From the NCBI GenBank assembly GCA_964106645.2, contig OZ067039.1: DNA of 64,000 nucleotides. One strand, written 5' to 3'. Shown piece by piece: positions 63,192-64,000 of the stretch. The stretch's first letter is position 1, and each line of letters starts with the position of its first letter. The translations under genes and the position numbers were made by a program. Below the pieces are notes generated by a model that saw only the letters and a list, made by a program, of their open reading frames with translations, did no database searches and was not told the DNA's origin. This DNA is from Podarcis pityusensis. Its lineage: Eukaryota.

Positions 63192-64000
63192 TCAACAATA
63201 TAATCAACCTCTTGACTGTATACACAGAGCAAACAAAGAGCTGTCCATTATAGACAAAACATAATAAGATGTTCTGCAGATAAGTGTGCATACACACGTA
63301 CAAGACAAAACACTAAATTTAAACCAATTTATCTTGAAAGAATGCACCATCACAGAAATCAGTACCAAAGTGAGTGTGGTTAAGCTGTATCATATACTTA
63401 ATCATTCCCATTTTATTTCATTTCATTTAAAAAGCTCTACTTAATAAATTTGTAGCTTTGCTGTCTCCCTTCTCTGATTTCCATCATGTTTGTAAGCTTA
63501 ATTGAGTAAGCCATATTGAATGCTCTCAAGCACCAGAGTCTTCTATATAAAGGAAGGTTTATCCATTTTGTGACCGACAGAGTCCTGCTGCTGTTAAAGA
63601 TCTCCATAATAGTTTGCCTTTTATAAACCTAATAAGATAACCAGTAGGTCCACTGCAAATCAAAAACTGTAATTTTGTTATTTCCCTTATGATGAAAACC
63701 CAATTATCACTTGATCTGGGGGTATGACCAAAAATATGATACATATTCACCGTATTAGTTAAACCTTCAACATTTACCTCTGTTTGTACATATTTGTGGT
63801 ATCAAATAGTACCTGAACATCTGTCTATAGAAATTCTCTTTCATTGTTGTGTACAAGGCAAACAGCTAATCCCATGCTGAAAGGATTATCTTTATTAAAC
63901 CTTTTTCCCATTTTGATTAATACAAATTACCTGATTTATACAAATTACCCAAGGTATCTAAATTTGCTGCCAGTTTGTAAATTGGACTCAGAACATGTTT

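Overview
Vertebrate genomic DNA, almost certainly from a squamate. The tRNA-derived SINE types and MITE families suggest a lacertid lizard (inference). Two genes lie tail-to-tail. On the + strand is the complete coding region of protein kinase C delta (PRKCD): 17 GT-AG coding exons at 14489-40757, 2046 nt, 681 aa, with its 3'UTR ending near 41.1-41.2 kb. On the - strand is the 3' end of PFKFB4 (exons from 63179 down to 54687). The first 14 kb is upstream or intronic PRKCD sequence. Repeats include Tc1/mariner-type and hAT-type MITEs, tRNA-derived SINEs, CR1/L1/L2 fragments, microsatellites and a 783-bp solo LTR between the genes. Best leads: (1) a second, anciently duplicated PFKFB4 terminal exon (NVCVSRSREEALRTVPNHL*) 5.3 kb beyond the canonical one, plus two weaker candidate C-terminal exons; (2) a solo LTR almost filled by a 218-codon open frame; (3) PRKCD regulatory features, namely an overlapping uORF, a stop/restart arrangement with RBFOX motifs in the intron that splits the caspase site, and overlapping miR-26/miR-181 sites; (4) a PRKCD-PFKFB4 linkage that mirrors human PRKCQ-PFKFB3. 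All exon coordinates were read by hand, and no database search was possible.
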